DNA from: Nemertoderma westbladi
Taxonomy: Eukaryota > Animalia > Xenacoelomorpha
Direction of reading: 5' to 3'
Assembly: GCA_032718475.1 (NCBI GenBank)
Contig: JAUCBJ010008771.1
Span: forward strand, 1-53,613
DNA length: 53,613 bases
Each line of letters opens with the position of its first letter. Within the stretch, counting starts at the first letter, position 1. The notes under the pieces were generated by a model. It did not search any database. It had not been told where the DNA came from and was given only the letters and a program-made list of their open reading frames with translations. A program made the position numbers and the translations under genes. Shown one piece after another: positions 37,198-49,940 of the stretch.

Positions 37198-38504
37198 TTA
37201 ACTACCGGCCATCCTATCGATTTACATGATACGGACGATGTATACACCGAAAGGGAAATGGTTCTATTTAAATATCATACCCAGCGGAGTCGTAACGATA
37301 AACCGAGAATAGACCACGAAAATTATATTCGTAATAGACTGGGAAGACGAACCAATATGCCTAGAATCTGAGGAGATTCAGCCTATCGCGCCCGGAACAG
37401 CGACAACGATTACATCCTAGAGTGGTATCAAGGTCCACAGTGTCTCACTGCGTACGATTATCGCCATGCCAACTATGTTTCTCGGCAACGTTGTCGGTTA
37501 TGCGCATCGAGAGACCATGTTACGCCCATGGACACAAACGTCCGCTGTTCCTATTTCCACGAACAACTGACGATGGAAATTTATTGCGCGTATTGCAGAC
37601 TCAATAACTTGCACATTTTTGCGGTTTGCCCTCAATTTATGACTCGATGTCACCATTGTCAACTAAAGGGACGCGCCAGTTTCGATTGCCCTTTTTAGTA
37701 ACGATTTGGAAAGCGTAGGTGAAATGATCACACTACGTTACATCAGAGCTTGGGAAGCGAGCGCTGATTTACATTGTGATTCACGCCATCGCTATTACCC
37801 TGGACGCGCTTACGAAGGAGTTTATGCGTTCCATCCTTATTTGTTTGCCTCCGTCGAGCAGAAATCACGCCTATCAAGTTATGAACTACTGAAGCGCGTT
37901 GGAGAATGTATTTCAACCAAATATGTACGTACGCAAATTTCTCAGGAGCATTAATCCGAGTGACATCAATTCTTACAACTTAATAAACTTTATCCGTCAA
38001 GATCCGGCCTATGGAGACTTATTTGTCAACTCACACCCCGAGTTACAGGAAGTATATCGACGGCCTTACGAGTACCGAGCCCGCGAACGCGAGTTGGAAA
38101 GAACCATTAAACCAAGGAAGTTTCTAACTGCCTATGGTCCACCCACGGCCCTCGTTCAGACCACTCGTAAAGGACCCGTAAGAGCGGCTGTCTTGAAACG
38201 AGCTCTCAAAGCCGTTAGACCCCTCTCCCCCGACGTTGATGTCAATCAACTCGGCACTTCGACTGGCGGATACACCGACCATAATCCTATACCCTCTGAT
38301 GCAATCATATTGCACCCTTCACCCAGGAGTTATAGCCCTCCTTGTAAAGTGGCTCGCCCCAAAGAGAAAAAGACTCTGGCTAGCTTTAAAAAACTGCGTA
38401 AACGCCGTCCGCGCATGAAAGACTAACTGTTTAGAGTATTTTCGTATTTGAGAAACTGTGATTTTGTATATTTTATAGACTTAAATCCCATTTTCTGGGA
38501 GCGG

Positions 38505-39687
38505 TGTAAAAGCTTTTGGGGGATAACTGATACGTTTGCCTTTGCTGGCCAGTTCCCCCCCGGTCGCTAGAATACTCTCAAAGGGATTTATAACTAAAAT
38601 AGTGCAAGCTACCAGCTTATTGGCTGATGTGCTGTACGGAGATATCTGGGCTCAGTTTAATCGGCCAACTAGCTTAGGGAGGTTGCCTCTGCCCTGCTGT
38701 CCGTGTCGGCCAATAGAATTTGAGTGGGCGTTGATTTCGACCTATCCCAGAGCTACTGAACTGAATTTCCTATCTCTATGCTCATCCTCTGTGTTGAACG
38801 GGAGCTTCGTGGAATAAGGGTAGTTGGTATCTTCATATAGAGCAGTAGTCACATGTTTCTGTTGTTGTGTTCCCATTTTTCGCCATAACACCGGCTTTTG
38901 GAACAACTCTAGTAAAACTGCTTAGATTATAGAAAGTATAACTGTTACCGGCGGTGTTACCTCACTTAATTTAACTGCACTAATCATATTGTTTGTACTG
39001 CTATTTACCGTCAGTTATTAATTGTATCGATTTGTTGATGAAATATTGTCATTTGGAGAATATTGATAAATCACCCAAATTTCCCAATTTCTTGATACAC
39101 TACAGGTTAGAGAGACAGGCTATATATAACAATTGCGATTTATATCAATGTGGTGTGTATTGAATCTAATGTTATTTAGTAGACACTACCTGAGTCAATT
39201 GCTGTTCTCTTTATGTGTGATCAAATATACTGACGGTCGGCAGAATAGTGTGCATGATTGTGAGTGTGATGTGACTGGTAACAAAGCATTTCCTAAAGAA
39301 TGCGACTTATACTTTAATCATAAGCCTTATCGTTGCGTTTAGTATAAGTCCTAGCTCTGTTTAAATAGATAGAGCGCCACGTCCTAAAGGAACTGTTAAT
39401 ATTTCCCGAAAGTTAATAATATCTGTCAGAAATTACATATTAGCGATCAATCGAATAATACAGTAGGCTTACACTGCAACCTTACACTGCAATAATAAAA
39501 TCTAAGCATCCGAATTCAGCCTCCCGGGTGTAGATCCATCGGGTGAATGATCGCGCATGGGCTGGCTTCGGCTAATGTTTTGTTTATTAGCATAAAATAT
39601 TGTCGTATGCTAAAGGTGTGTTAATTAACTAAAAGACATATAAATTTTGGCAGGTTAAACTGCTAAAGGTCTTCAAAAGCGCGAACA
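38505..39687 (+). repeat. 3' LTR of element 2
   Basis: Direct repeat of 26901-28083. Confidence 0.95.
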
Positions 39688-39751
39688 TGTACCTTACGGT
39701 TGCTATTGAATACAGTCCCCCTTACGGATGGATTTAATCTGTATTCTAATA

Positions 39752-40076
39752 CAGTAGCATACCAATATATACGAGTTGCACCAAGCGTATCAAACTTGTA
39801 TTTTTCGGTGCTGTGTGCAAATTTTGGTGCTAGCACGAAATGTTGAAAATCCATTCAATAGATAAAATTGCTTGTGACAATTCATTTCTTGCGTTTTAGA
39901 GGTTTATGGCGGTTCTGAATTCAATGGAATATATAATTAATTATATATTGTCACAAGCAATTTTATCTATTGAATGGATTTTCAAAATTTCGTGCTAGCA
40001 CCAAAATTTGCACACAGCACCGAAAAATACAAGCTTGATACGCTTGGTGCAACTCGTATATATTGGTATGCTACTG
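39752..40076. mobile_element. Tc1/mariner-type MITE
   Basis: ~130-bp TIRs CAGTAGCATACCAATATATACGAG... / ...GGTATGCTACTG, flanked by TA on both sides. Confidence 0.85.
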
Positions 40077-40099
40077 TATATATAATTATTACGGCGCCT

Positions 40100-40785
40100 C
40101 AGCTCATTAGAACATGCTGCTTCTAGTGTTGGTCTTTTTATTAACTTCAGAAAGACCAAAACTTTGACAGTTAACTTTGAAAGTCCTCAGCAAGTCTCTG
40201 ATCGGATGAGCATAAGCTCAAAAGATGGTATGCTTGAGCATGTGGATGACTTCTGTTACCTGGGATCATGGATCCGGAAGTCAGGTGAGGACCTTCGAAT
40301 ACGTAAGGGAAAGGCATGGGCAGCCTTGAATAGGCTTTCCAGGATTTGGAAGTCACCGAGAATTAATCGGAAACTTAAGGTCCGATTATTTAGAGCAGCA
40401 GTAGTTCCAGTACTCCTCTATGGGAGTCCATGCTGGGCTCTAACTGCTGAGGACACCAAATCTCTGGATGGCACATTCACAAGAATGCTACGCCGGGTTC
40501 ATTGTGTCAAGTACAATGCACACATCTCCAACCAGACACTATATAACATTGGAGGTGTCTCATTGGTTCCACCAAGCTTGACACTAGAACAAAATCGCCT
40601 CCGCCTTGCAGGACATTGCTTTCGCCGTGAGGACCAGCCAGTGCATAATCTTGTTCTTTGGCAGCCCCATGGAGTGAATAAGCATGGTGGACAGCCCATG
40701 ACTTTCTTGAGACGCATCTTAAAGGACACTGGCCTTGAAGATGCGGATGATCTAGCAAATGTCATGGGTGATAGGGAGTTGTGGG
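40100..40785 (+). mobile_element. RTE-clade LINE fragment (copy 4, best-preserved C-terminal ORF, 40164-40832)
   Basis: FCYLGS, KVRLFRAAVVPVLLYGS..W, RLRLAGHCFR. Confidence 0.9.
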
Positions 40786-40884
40786 GGGACTGTATTCATA
40801 TATGTATCCGTAAGGGGGACTGTATTCAATAGCAACCGTAAGGTAGCTTACCACCTATAGCAAATCAATCGGAAAGATGCATGA

Positions 40885-40956
40885 GCCTCCGTGGTGTAGT
40901 GGTTAGCATACCTAAACGTTTATCGGGAGACGTGGGTTCAATCCCCGCTTGTGGCG
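40885..40956 (+). other. tRNA-derived sequence (right arm)
   Basis: A box TGGTGTAGTGG, B box GGTTCAATCC, T5 run just downstream, imperfect acceptor and anticodon arms. Confidence 0.75.
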
Positions 40957-41681
40957 AATTCATTTTTCCCGCTCCATTTGCTATAGAGTTGGATCATCCT
41001 AAGTCCGGTTTAAATTACTTAATAATTTATACAATCTATGGATTATTTCAGTCAGGTTGTATATTTGTAAGACCAGTAAGGCCGTCCTACATGGAGCAAC
41101 TTGTTTCCGAAACTTGGTGCTGAACTCATCCCACACGGGAAACTTGACGCTGCAACTTGTTGCTGGACTCCTTATGATGCTCAAGAATAGTCTTTATTTG
41201 CAAATACAGCTAGCATTTCCATTCATTAATTTCATGTTAAATGATGGCCTTGGTCAATTCACAGAAATTATAAATTATTAGTTAGAATAAAAGTTTTAAA
41301 AATGTTGCAGTAACTTTTTGTGGACTCGTCACACACAGAACTTTTGTTGCACATTGTTTCTGAGTGTATCCAGCAACTTATTGCTGATCCCCCCACACCG
41401 AGCATCGAGCAAGTTTTGTTTCATAAACAATTTGCAGCAACAAACGTTGCTCCGTGTAAGGGGCTTACTTTTTATTTTTTTGAGCTGCTGTTTAACACTG
41501 GTTCCAGAAAGTGTTCAGAAAGTGCTGAAATAATATATGCTAAAATAAATTAAAATACTGTAATAAAAGTATGCTTTAGAAGCCAGAATGTAGGAACTTG
41601 TTGGGGACATATAAGGTCGAATTTTTGTCTATTTGTCTATACATAAATGAACGTCAAACGTTGACGTAATAGAATACTCAC

Positions 41682-42344
41682 TTGATTCTGTACCAATCTC
41701 TATCTCAAGTTGTAAACTTTCATCATAAATAGTTTCCATCTGTTCATCTGATAAATAACAGCTATAATAACGCGCATGCGCAATGTAACCCTGAAATACT
41801 TCTCCATGACTTTCCCGTTTTCCAATTACCAAGATTCTTTCCCATACATTCTCTAATGTACCACAAGCTGTGGATGGGGTATCCAGCAATAACTTTTGAT
41901 GATCAACAAATCCTACTTTGCGACTATACAGCATCACAATTTTGTTAATAGCATTGACACCAACTGCTACCATATGCCACTCATCAACCACTACAGAATT
42001 TGGCATTTTAAATGGTCTTTGACCATTCCAAGCATGGTAGTACAGAGTTGTTTCAGGCAATAACCAAAGGTGAGCACCTTTGGCATCCGGATTTCCAAAA
42101 TCAAATATTGGACCACGAACGTTTGTCTTTATAAAAGCCATCATAGTAAATGTTTCTGATAGTAATTCCTTTCCATATTTCACTAAAATGTAACCGCTAT
42201 GGGAATTTAGAGCCTGGTTATCAATTCCTGCTGGACCTGGACCAAACGATGGACTGAACTTAATTATCCCATTTTGTGTTCCAATTTTTGCATTCGCTCC
42301 ATATCTTGAATTCAATGGCCAATAAGCTTCAACATCACATGTAG
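41682..42344 (-). CDS. LamG/ConA-like domain exon C (663 nt, phase 1-1, most divergent)
   Basis: Acceptor TTTCAG, donor GTGAGT, open frame. Confidence 0.85.
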
Positions 42345-42944
42345 CTGAAATATAAATAAGATATTGTAGATTCAAGATAGTATGTAGTTCTAGATAATGG
42401 TAATAAGGGTGGTACAATATGAACCAGTACAAGTAAGTAAAATCTAATTCTTAATAGATTCACAATTAGCCAAAATTGGATCAGAAACAAAAAATATACA
42501 AATTTAATCAACATAATAAATAATGAAACTTCTATTGCAATTATAAACTAAATGTCATATATATTTTATATACTATTAATTTATCATAACCAGTACCGGT
42601 AACATGTATTACAATAATGTAAAAAGTGATAGTTTATTTATTATTTAGAATATCCAGTAATTGTTATTTTTCGGTATCAAATTTATTTTCTGAATATTGA
42701 TATAATTATAATGAAAATTGTTTGCTGATGAGTTTGGCTACTGACTGCTGCGCGAAGGCTCAAAACCTGCTTTACCAACTATTCCAAAAGCATTAGAGGT
42801 GAAGGATATATTTTTGTAATAAAAGTTTGATAATTTTGTTATAATTTCTAGAATAGTGTAACTTATCATAAGTAGCTAAACTTATTTAATAATTTGAACT
42901 ATCCGGATGGTTGGTTTCCCTGATGAACAAATCTAATACTCATT

Positions 42945-43200
42945 CCCTCACAGTCCGCTCTCTACACTCATTCGCCTCTCTCTCAACCCCCTCTGCTTCC
43001 CTCACAGCCCGCTCTCTACACTCATTCGCCTCTCTCTCGACCCTCTCTGCGTCCTTCTCGGCCCGCTCTCTACGCTCATTCGCCTCTCTCTCAACCCCCT
43101 CTGCTTCCCTCACAGCCCGCTCTCTACACTCATTCGCCTCTCTCTCGACCCTCTCTGCGTCCTTCTCGGCCCGCTCTCTACGCTCATTCGCCTCTCTCTC
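42945..43200. repeat. 54-bp minisatellite with alternating variants, read as an E/R-rich coiled-coil ORF on the minus strand
   Basis: CTCATTCGCCTCTCTCTC at 42967, 43021, 43075, 43129 and 43183. Confidence 0.85.
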
Positions 43201-44169
43201 GGCTTTCTTACACACTCTTGCCAACTCCCGTTCCCTCTCTAAGGAAGCGATTTCCTCCTCTAAACGCCGTTCCAACTCCTTGAAGCCCGTTGTCATGAAC
43301 GGGATGATTGTATATTCTTCTGATTGTTGAACCGCCCATGAACAGTATTAAAAACACAATATTATGATTACATATTTCTCTAATTTAATAATTAACTAAC
43401 TATTTACAAAAATGACACATATTACAACGACAATTAGCAACCGGTTTTACCATCACCGCACCAACACTATATGTATACTGCTATTATTGTAGCAATACTA
43501 ATTGACCCTTTTAATTAGGACGAACAGCAGGGGCATGCCTTCTAAACGATGAGGTAATTCTAGCGTTGTACAAACAATAGTTAATAATATAGACGATACT
43601 GTATGTATATCAATGATGTAATGTATGAGTTGATGTCAATGAACCCCTGCTGTTGCCAACTACTGTACTATGCACATTAACATTAAATCATTAACGAAAA
43701 CAAACTTTATTTCCCCACTTGAATATATCTATTTTTTGACACCCGTTGAAGCCAAGAATGGAATACATTTCTAAGTTTTCAGATAATTGCTACTCGTATC
43801 TTTCGGCGTAATATGGCAGATTTTAGTGCTGGCACCAAATTGTGTACCCATCACCAAAAAGTACAAATTTGAGATGTCCAGTGCTGTTTTTATCTATAGG
43901 GGATGTTGCGTTGTCAGTCAGAGAGGTAACAGCCGATGGGGTAAGGATTTCCCCATGGGGCGCTAACTATCAGATAGTCTGATACCAACTGTCAGACAGT
44001 CTTTTTCAACTATCAGATAGTTGATCAGATCACCAAGTTCAAGTTGCCCTCAATTGTATTTTTTACCCCTGTGGTGTTGTTGACGGCGTCTGTTACTTCC
44101 AAAATCGTTGGAATCTGGCTTTGATTATAAACACTGAACTGCTGAATGATGGCAGAATCTACGAAACCC

Positions 44170-44660
44170 GGATTCCTAATCCGAGAAGGCGGTGGAGTCT
44201 ATTAAATGTAAACAATGAAACGATCGCGATGGACAACGGAGTGTCTATTCAATCCATAAGGATACGATAGGGATGGCAGCGGAGTCTATTACAATCTAGT
44301 AAACACGCAACCAGAGCGATCGTAGGTGGCGAAGTAATCTACAAAACACAGAACGACAGGAAGGCGACAGAGTTTATTAAACCCAGTAAGATGGTGCATA
44401 GCGAAGCGATCAATACCGATAACGGAGTCTATTAAATCTAGAACCGAAGACGACGGAGTCTATTCAGCTATTACAGTATTAAACACGAAACCAGAGCAAT
44501 GAGACGATGGCGAGGTAATCTACAAAACACAGAACGACAGGAAGACGACGGAGTTTATTAAACCCAGTAAGATGGTGCATAGCGAAGCGATCGAGACGGA
44601 TAACGGAGTCGATTACAGTATTATACCTGGAATGAAGACGGTGGAGTCTATAAACCTGGA
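44170..44660. repeat. Degenerate GGAGTCTATT-based repeats with a ~180-bp duplication
   Basis: TAATCTACAAAACACAGAACGACAGGAAG at ~44335 and ~44516. Confidence 0.65.
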
Positions 44661-45291
44661 ACAATGCTACTGTAAAGTTAGACTAGACTGGTTTGTGAGA
44701 TTAACTTGCCAATACTAACTCATACAATTTGCTTTCTTCGAATTCCTAATAATATATTTTAATCTTAATAATAATTATTCAACATCAATTATTTTATAAG
44801 TCTTGTCAATGTATAAGATCGCTAAGACTAAAGAGCTAACTTTAGGAAAATTTGCATTATATATATTTTTAGAATTATTATAATTAATTTTGTTATGTTT
44901 ATAATGAATTGTATCTTTTGACAGACTACTTTATGCCGTGATAATCAAATGAAATGGTGCCGAAATATTATCATGGGGAAATTTTAGCAAGTTGTGTTTA
45001 TTTTAGTCGATATACCAGATTACATGTTTACCAAGTTTGGCATAATTTTGTCAAAGATTGAATGAGTTACGATTTTTAAAATATCAGTGGACGGTGAAGA
45101 GGACAGGGAATAAAGAACAGTGATGTATACTAAACCAAGGGATACGCGATATATGACACTGCTGTATAAGTTCATTGAATGACTGTTGATTTCGAAACAT
45201 TTAATTCAAAATCAAAACTATATAAATGTTAATATAATTTTGGATTAGAATCAGGATGTACTGTAATTTAGCACATTCCAATATTATGTAA

Positions 45292-45517
45292 AGGCCATGA
45301 TACACCACAGGAGTGGCAGCGGCGGCGAGTGGCCGATGTGAGCGTCGACTTTTAGTATGATACACTATAGGAGCGGCGAGCGGCAGCAGCCATTTGTGGT
45401 GTATCATCACCCATAGAAAATAATGTGTTCTATTTTTAAATAGTGGCCACTTGCCGCGGCCGCTCGCCGCTGCCGCTCGCCGCTGCCGCTCGCCGCTCCT
45501 GTAGTGTATCAGGGCCT
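45292..45517. mobile_element. PIF/Harbinger-type MITE
   Basis: TAA TSD, TIR AGGCCATGATACAC / GTGTATCAGGGCCT, subterminal GCGGCGAGCGGCA repeats. Confidence 0.8.
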
Positions 45518-46963
45518 TAACTCTTATTTTCTAAAACGACTCCCATTCTTTGTATTCTTATAATGTTCGAGATAACACCCCATGAAGTCAATATTCCCCG
45601 CAGATGAGGCTCTCTAGTAATTGTAATTAGGGTTTAATATGCGCAGCATTCCAAAACAATAATTATAATTACCATCATTATAATTCACATGTATTTAAAA
45701 TACCTAGGTAAATACATAGGTAAATCCTTGCCCCATGGGCTGTTACCTCTGACTGACAGCGCAACAGCCCTCCCGTTTTTATTGATTCCATCGGATTCAG
45801 GACCCTCCAAATCCCATAAAAACGCAAGTGGGGGGGGGGGGGGGGGGGTACACTCTCCCGGGGTAAAATTATCATATTTTTGGGTTTTTATTCCATCTAG
45901 AGCTGAATTTGATGGGGATTTTAAATCTTAAAATGGCTGGGAGATATCTTTTTTAGTTATCAAGTTATCGCTGTCTTTCCATCTACCAGTTTGACCGTCA
46001 AGATTTAGAAGATAGAGAGACATATTAGATACCACCAAAAAATTATTCTGACGTCGGAAATGAAATAGTTTTAGTGAGTTGGTATGAAGCCATAGTGCCA
46101 AACAGTACTAACTGATTAACAGACCACAGACAGACTTGTGTGAGGGGGGGAATTCAAACTTTAAAGCAAAATATCTCAGAATTACATTTTTAGATTTTAA
46201 ATTTTTCACAATACTACTCTTCCGCCATTTTTCAATCAAGTTCGATCATTTATGGCTCGCTTTAAAGGTTTTTTTTTAAAGATCTTGAAAAACTCTTCAG
46301 CACATTTTGAAATAAATTTTATTCAAATATTATTGCGAATTTTAATTAAATGAATTAATTTCATTAAAAAATGCATAATTTAAAATTCCGAGATTGTTAT
46401 TAGATTCTAAGGCGCTGAGTCCAAAAAAGTTGGTTTGGATAAAGATTAAGGGACTAGTAGTGCTTTTAGTGAAGTATTTAATTCTTCGGCTCGCTGCAAG
46501 CGCGTTCCAAACAATTTTCAAAAAAAAATTTCCATTTTTGTTGCTCTTTGGCTTCCCCCTCCCCCACGTTGGCTGAACACAACATAAGAATGCTACTGAC
46601 CTCACATGATATTAGAGCTGTTTAAAAGTGATTTATGTACAATATTAAACAAAACGAGTTTTTGGTAGTCCGGTAGCCAAGCAAGTTATGAATTGCTGCA
46701 TTTTGCAATAAAACAAGAAGGAAAACTATTGTTAGAAGATAAACTAACTAAAAAACATATATTTAAGTTAATAAACTTAATTTATTATCTATGCCACTTA
46801 TCCTAATAAAATTAACATAAATATTATTTGAATTAATATTATATAATAATGATAAACAAAGAGTACCAAATAAATAAATATTACCTAATTAAAAAATAAA
46901 GAAATTGTGGCAATATAGAATTACACCAAAATAATAAATATATTTGTTTCTCATGTGATTAAC

Positions 46964-47628
46964 CTGTGTATGTTGATTCTTCATGTTGAATGCTTTCATC
47001 ATAAATGATATCCAGATGAATTTCTGATAGATAACATGTGTAATAGCGTGCATGGGCGATGTATCCTGGAAACTCACTTCCATCTCTCACCCATCTCCCT
47101 ATTTTCAGAGTGTTCTTAGTATCCTTTGTACCTCGAGCTGTTGATGGTGTATCAAACTCCATCTTCTGATGTTCAACATTTCCGACTTTCCGACTGTAGA
47201 ACATCACCTTTTTATGAACTGCATTGACTCCAACAGCCACCATATACCATTCATTAAGTTGTGCTGCATTAGCCATTCTAAGTGTTGGTGAAATGCCGTT
47301 GTGTGAATTATAGTAGACGCTTGTTACTTTGGGATATAGCCAAAAAGTGCTACCCCCGACTGTCCCTTTTTGATATTCAAATATAGGACCTGGACCCCCG
47401 GATTTTACGAAGGCAACCATAAAGAAAGTTTCTGATAGTAAAGTAACTCTTTACCATGTTCAATTGAAATATGTCCACTCTGGAAATTCATTGCCTGGTT
47501 ATCAATTCCTGCTGGCCCTGGACCAAATGTGGGGTTGAGTCGAATGGCTCCATCTTGATTTCCCATCTTGTCCTTCCCTCCATATTCTATGTTTAATGGC
47601 CAATAAGCATAATGTTGGCAATCCACTC
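46964..47628 (-). pseudogene. LamG/ConA-like domain exon B, frameshifted by a 5-bp duplication
   Basis: Acceptor TTGCAG, donor GTTAAT. Length 665 nt = 660 plus duplicated TTACT (47437-47446). The two ORF halves are both paralogous to the other exons. Confidence 0.85.
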
Positions 47629-48229
47629 CTGCAACCAAAATAAAATATGAAGGAATCTTTAAAAATAATTTCTTTATTCGGGTAACGTGATTGGAAATCG
47701 TTATGTACAACATGTGTACATATTGAGAATGAGTTTACAAAGTTTACATTTGGTTTGTTAGTGGGTTGATCTGAGTTCTACGCATGTCCTTAGACCATAT
47801 TAATAAATATGGGATGGTAACACCCCCTTCTGGCACAGGAAGTAGAGGAAATATGTTGCCATCAATCCTCAGCCAGCATGTGTGTGGATGGACGCCGATG
47901 TAAGATGAGATAGAAGATCCCCCAAACTAGTCACCGGATTATTGCAAGTGGGGTAAACTTAAGTGAGATACAAACTATAAAGAAAACACAGGCATTGGTT
48001 ATACATCAATTTATTCCTCTGCAGTTCTCTATGATACGCTTTGTTACACAAAATAACCAATAAACGTCTTCTAGATTCGATTTGATTCAAAACTTGTGCG
48101 CTTCCCCACCACATTAATAACTCACAATATTCACAAATGAGTTAATAAACCTACTGCACAAATAACAATATAATTATTTGCATTTTCGCCTACACTAAAT
48201 AATTTTGATAACCATCTGTCCCATCAGTG

Positions 48230-48900
48230 TCTTGGTGCCAGTCGTTTCAGGCGAAGATCAACCGCTATCAGAGTTTTCCCAGTCCTTTCCAGGCTCGTAG
48301 TCACATCTTGCCGCAGAAGACCATTCAGTCGTCAGTAGACCCTTTGTGTGTCCATCTGCCCTTCCCGATCCCTTTCAGGATTGGTCATCAGGAATGCAAG
48401 ATGGCTTGGCTCGGGAATCTGTCGGTTCCTCCGCAGTTCACTGCTACTAGCACGTTCCGAGTTCTTTCCAGTAACGCTAGAGACAGCAGACCCCTAGGGC
48501 AGTCCCAGTCTAGTCATTCGCCCCTCCATGTCTCTGCTCACCCTTTGCGATCCCTTTCTGGATCGGTCATCACGAATGCAAAGCCGCTTGGCTCGGGGTC
48601 TGTTGGTCCTCCGCGGATCCACTGCTACCAGCCCATTCTGAGTCCTTTCCAGGCTCGAAGTAATGCTAGACAGTGAACAGCTTGGGCAGTACAAGTCTAA
48701 TCCAGCCAAGTCTTTCGACGCTCCGTCTGCGCACTCACCCTTACCCATCCCCTCTGGGATCAGTCATCAATAATGCAAAGCGGCTTTGGCTCAGGGTCTG
48801 TCATTCCTCTACGGATCTACTGCTATACCTATGCTTTCCGAGCCCTTTTCAGGCTCGTTGTGCGGGTAACAGAGGACCGCTTGGGCAGTCCCTGCCCATT
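48230..48900. repeat. Degenerate ~180-bp tandem units, possibly part of a TE
   Basis: GTCCTTTCCAGGCTCG-like and TGCAAAG..GCTTGGCTC motifs recur 3-4 times. Confidence 0.5.
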
Positions 48901-49254
48901 GCCAGTTGCCAGTCTGCAATCGACTGTTCTTTTGCAGGTGCAGCAGGAGAGGAGGTCGGCTCTGGGCTTGGCTATCAGGGAGCCACTGAAGCCAATTGCT
49001 TAGAATTGGAATAGCTTGGACCCTATGATGCCCTTTTATCCAGATACCCGACATATTTTCTAGTCAGCCAAATTTAACAGCCCATTTCGGAGATTTTTGG
49101 GGGCTAGGAGTATGGAATATTTTGTGGGGGGTACCCGGGACTTATTAGAATATTCATTTTGGTTCAGTTTTTTACCCCGGCCCGGGTACTGAATTGTAAA
49201 TAACACAAACAATCAAGCTGATGACTTTGGGGTACTGTCAGATTCAATAGAGGG

Positions 49255-49940
49255 TGCCTAAAGGCTCATCTGCTCATTGGAGCAGGCTGCTTCTTTTTGT
49301 AACCTCCAAGAGGACCAAAATTTTGACAGCCCGCAATAAATGTATGATCGTATGCGCATAAGCTCCAAGGATGGATGGTTCAGCATGTGGATGACTTCTG
49401 CTACTTGGGATCATGGATACTGAATTTAGGTGAAGAACTTCGGATACCTAAGGAGAAGGCATGAACAGTCTTGAGTAGTCTGTCCAGGATTTGGAAGAAC
49501 AATATAATAAAACGGAACCATAAGGTTCGATTATTTAGGGAAGCAGTAGAACCAGCATGATGGCGTCCAACTGCAGATGAAACCAAATCAATGGATGGTT
49601 CATGGGTTCGTTGTGTCAAATACAATGAACATATCTCCAATCAGACTCTAATCAACATTGAAGGTGTTTCATTGGTCTCCCCAATCTACTTTCGACATTT
49701 CTTTTTTCCTGAAGACCAGCCTGTGCACAATCTCGTGCGTTGGCGGCCTCATGGAGCATGGTGGACAGCCCATGACTTTCTTGAGACACCTCATTCTAGC
49801 AAATGTTATGGGTGATAGGGAGTTGTGGCACGCAATTTTGTCGACACGCCGGCACAATATTAATATATGTATATTATTAATACTAATATTAGTATATATG
49901 AATATATATAATGCAGCTACAATGCAGCATGCCGATAATA
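49255..49940 (+). mobile_element. RTE-clade LINE fragment (copy 5, degraded)
   Basis: Colinear with 40100-40785 and carries the shared 3' tail ATGCAGCT.CAATGCAGCATGCCGAT. Confidence 0.8.

Larger units (their letters stand above)
35603..38426 (+). pseudogene. Disrupted accessory gene of element 2 encoding a triple zinc-knuckle protein with a basic C-terminus
   Basis: Removing the TTAA element restores the frame (NMDFL-TTGHPIDL). After an internal TGA (37369-37371) the same frame encodes CRLC..H..C, CAYC..H..C and CHHC..(R)..C. +1 shifts link it to ORFs 37706 and 37899, ending just before the PPT. Confidence 0.7.
26901..39687 (+). mobile_element. Non-autonomous BEL/Pao-derived LTR element (element 2), 12.8 kb
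   Basis: TG...CA 1183-bp LTRs (one mismatch seen, 27747 A vs 39351 C), TSD TGTAC (26896-26900, 39688-39692), PPT-like TGGGAGCGG before the 3' LTR, Gag-PR ORF. Confidence 0.95.
26711..41027. mobile_element. Foldback structure with ~220-bp inverted arms, each containing a tRNA-derived sequence (left arm split by element 2)
   Basis: 26711-26900 joined to 39693-39729 is the reverse complement of 40806-41027. Confidence 0.8.

Noticed and set aside
40885-40956. Functional tRNA gene
   Set aside because: Mismatched acceptor stem, no U33, and it sits in a repeat arm.
42725-42770. Hammerhead ribozyme (CTGATGA core, also at 51832)
   Set aside because: No correctly placed GAAA or consistent stems. The 51.8-kb hit lies in a BEL integrase remnant.
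42911-43330. E/R-rich and S/L-rich ORFs on both strands
   Set aside because: Explained by the 54-bp minisatellite, with no supporting gene structure.
47899-49205. Possible solo LTR
   Set aside because: TG/CA ends can be chosen but no matching TSD was found.
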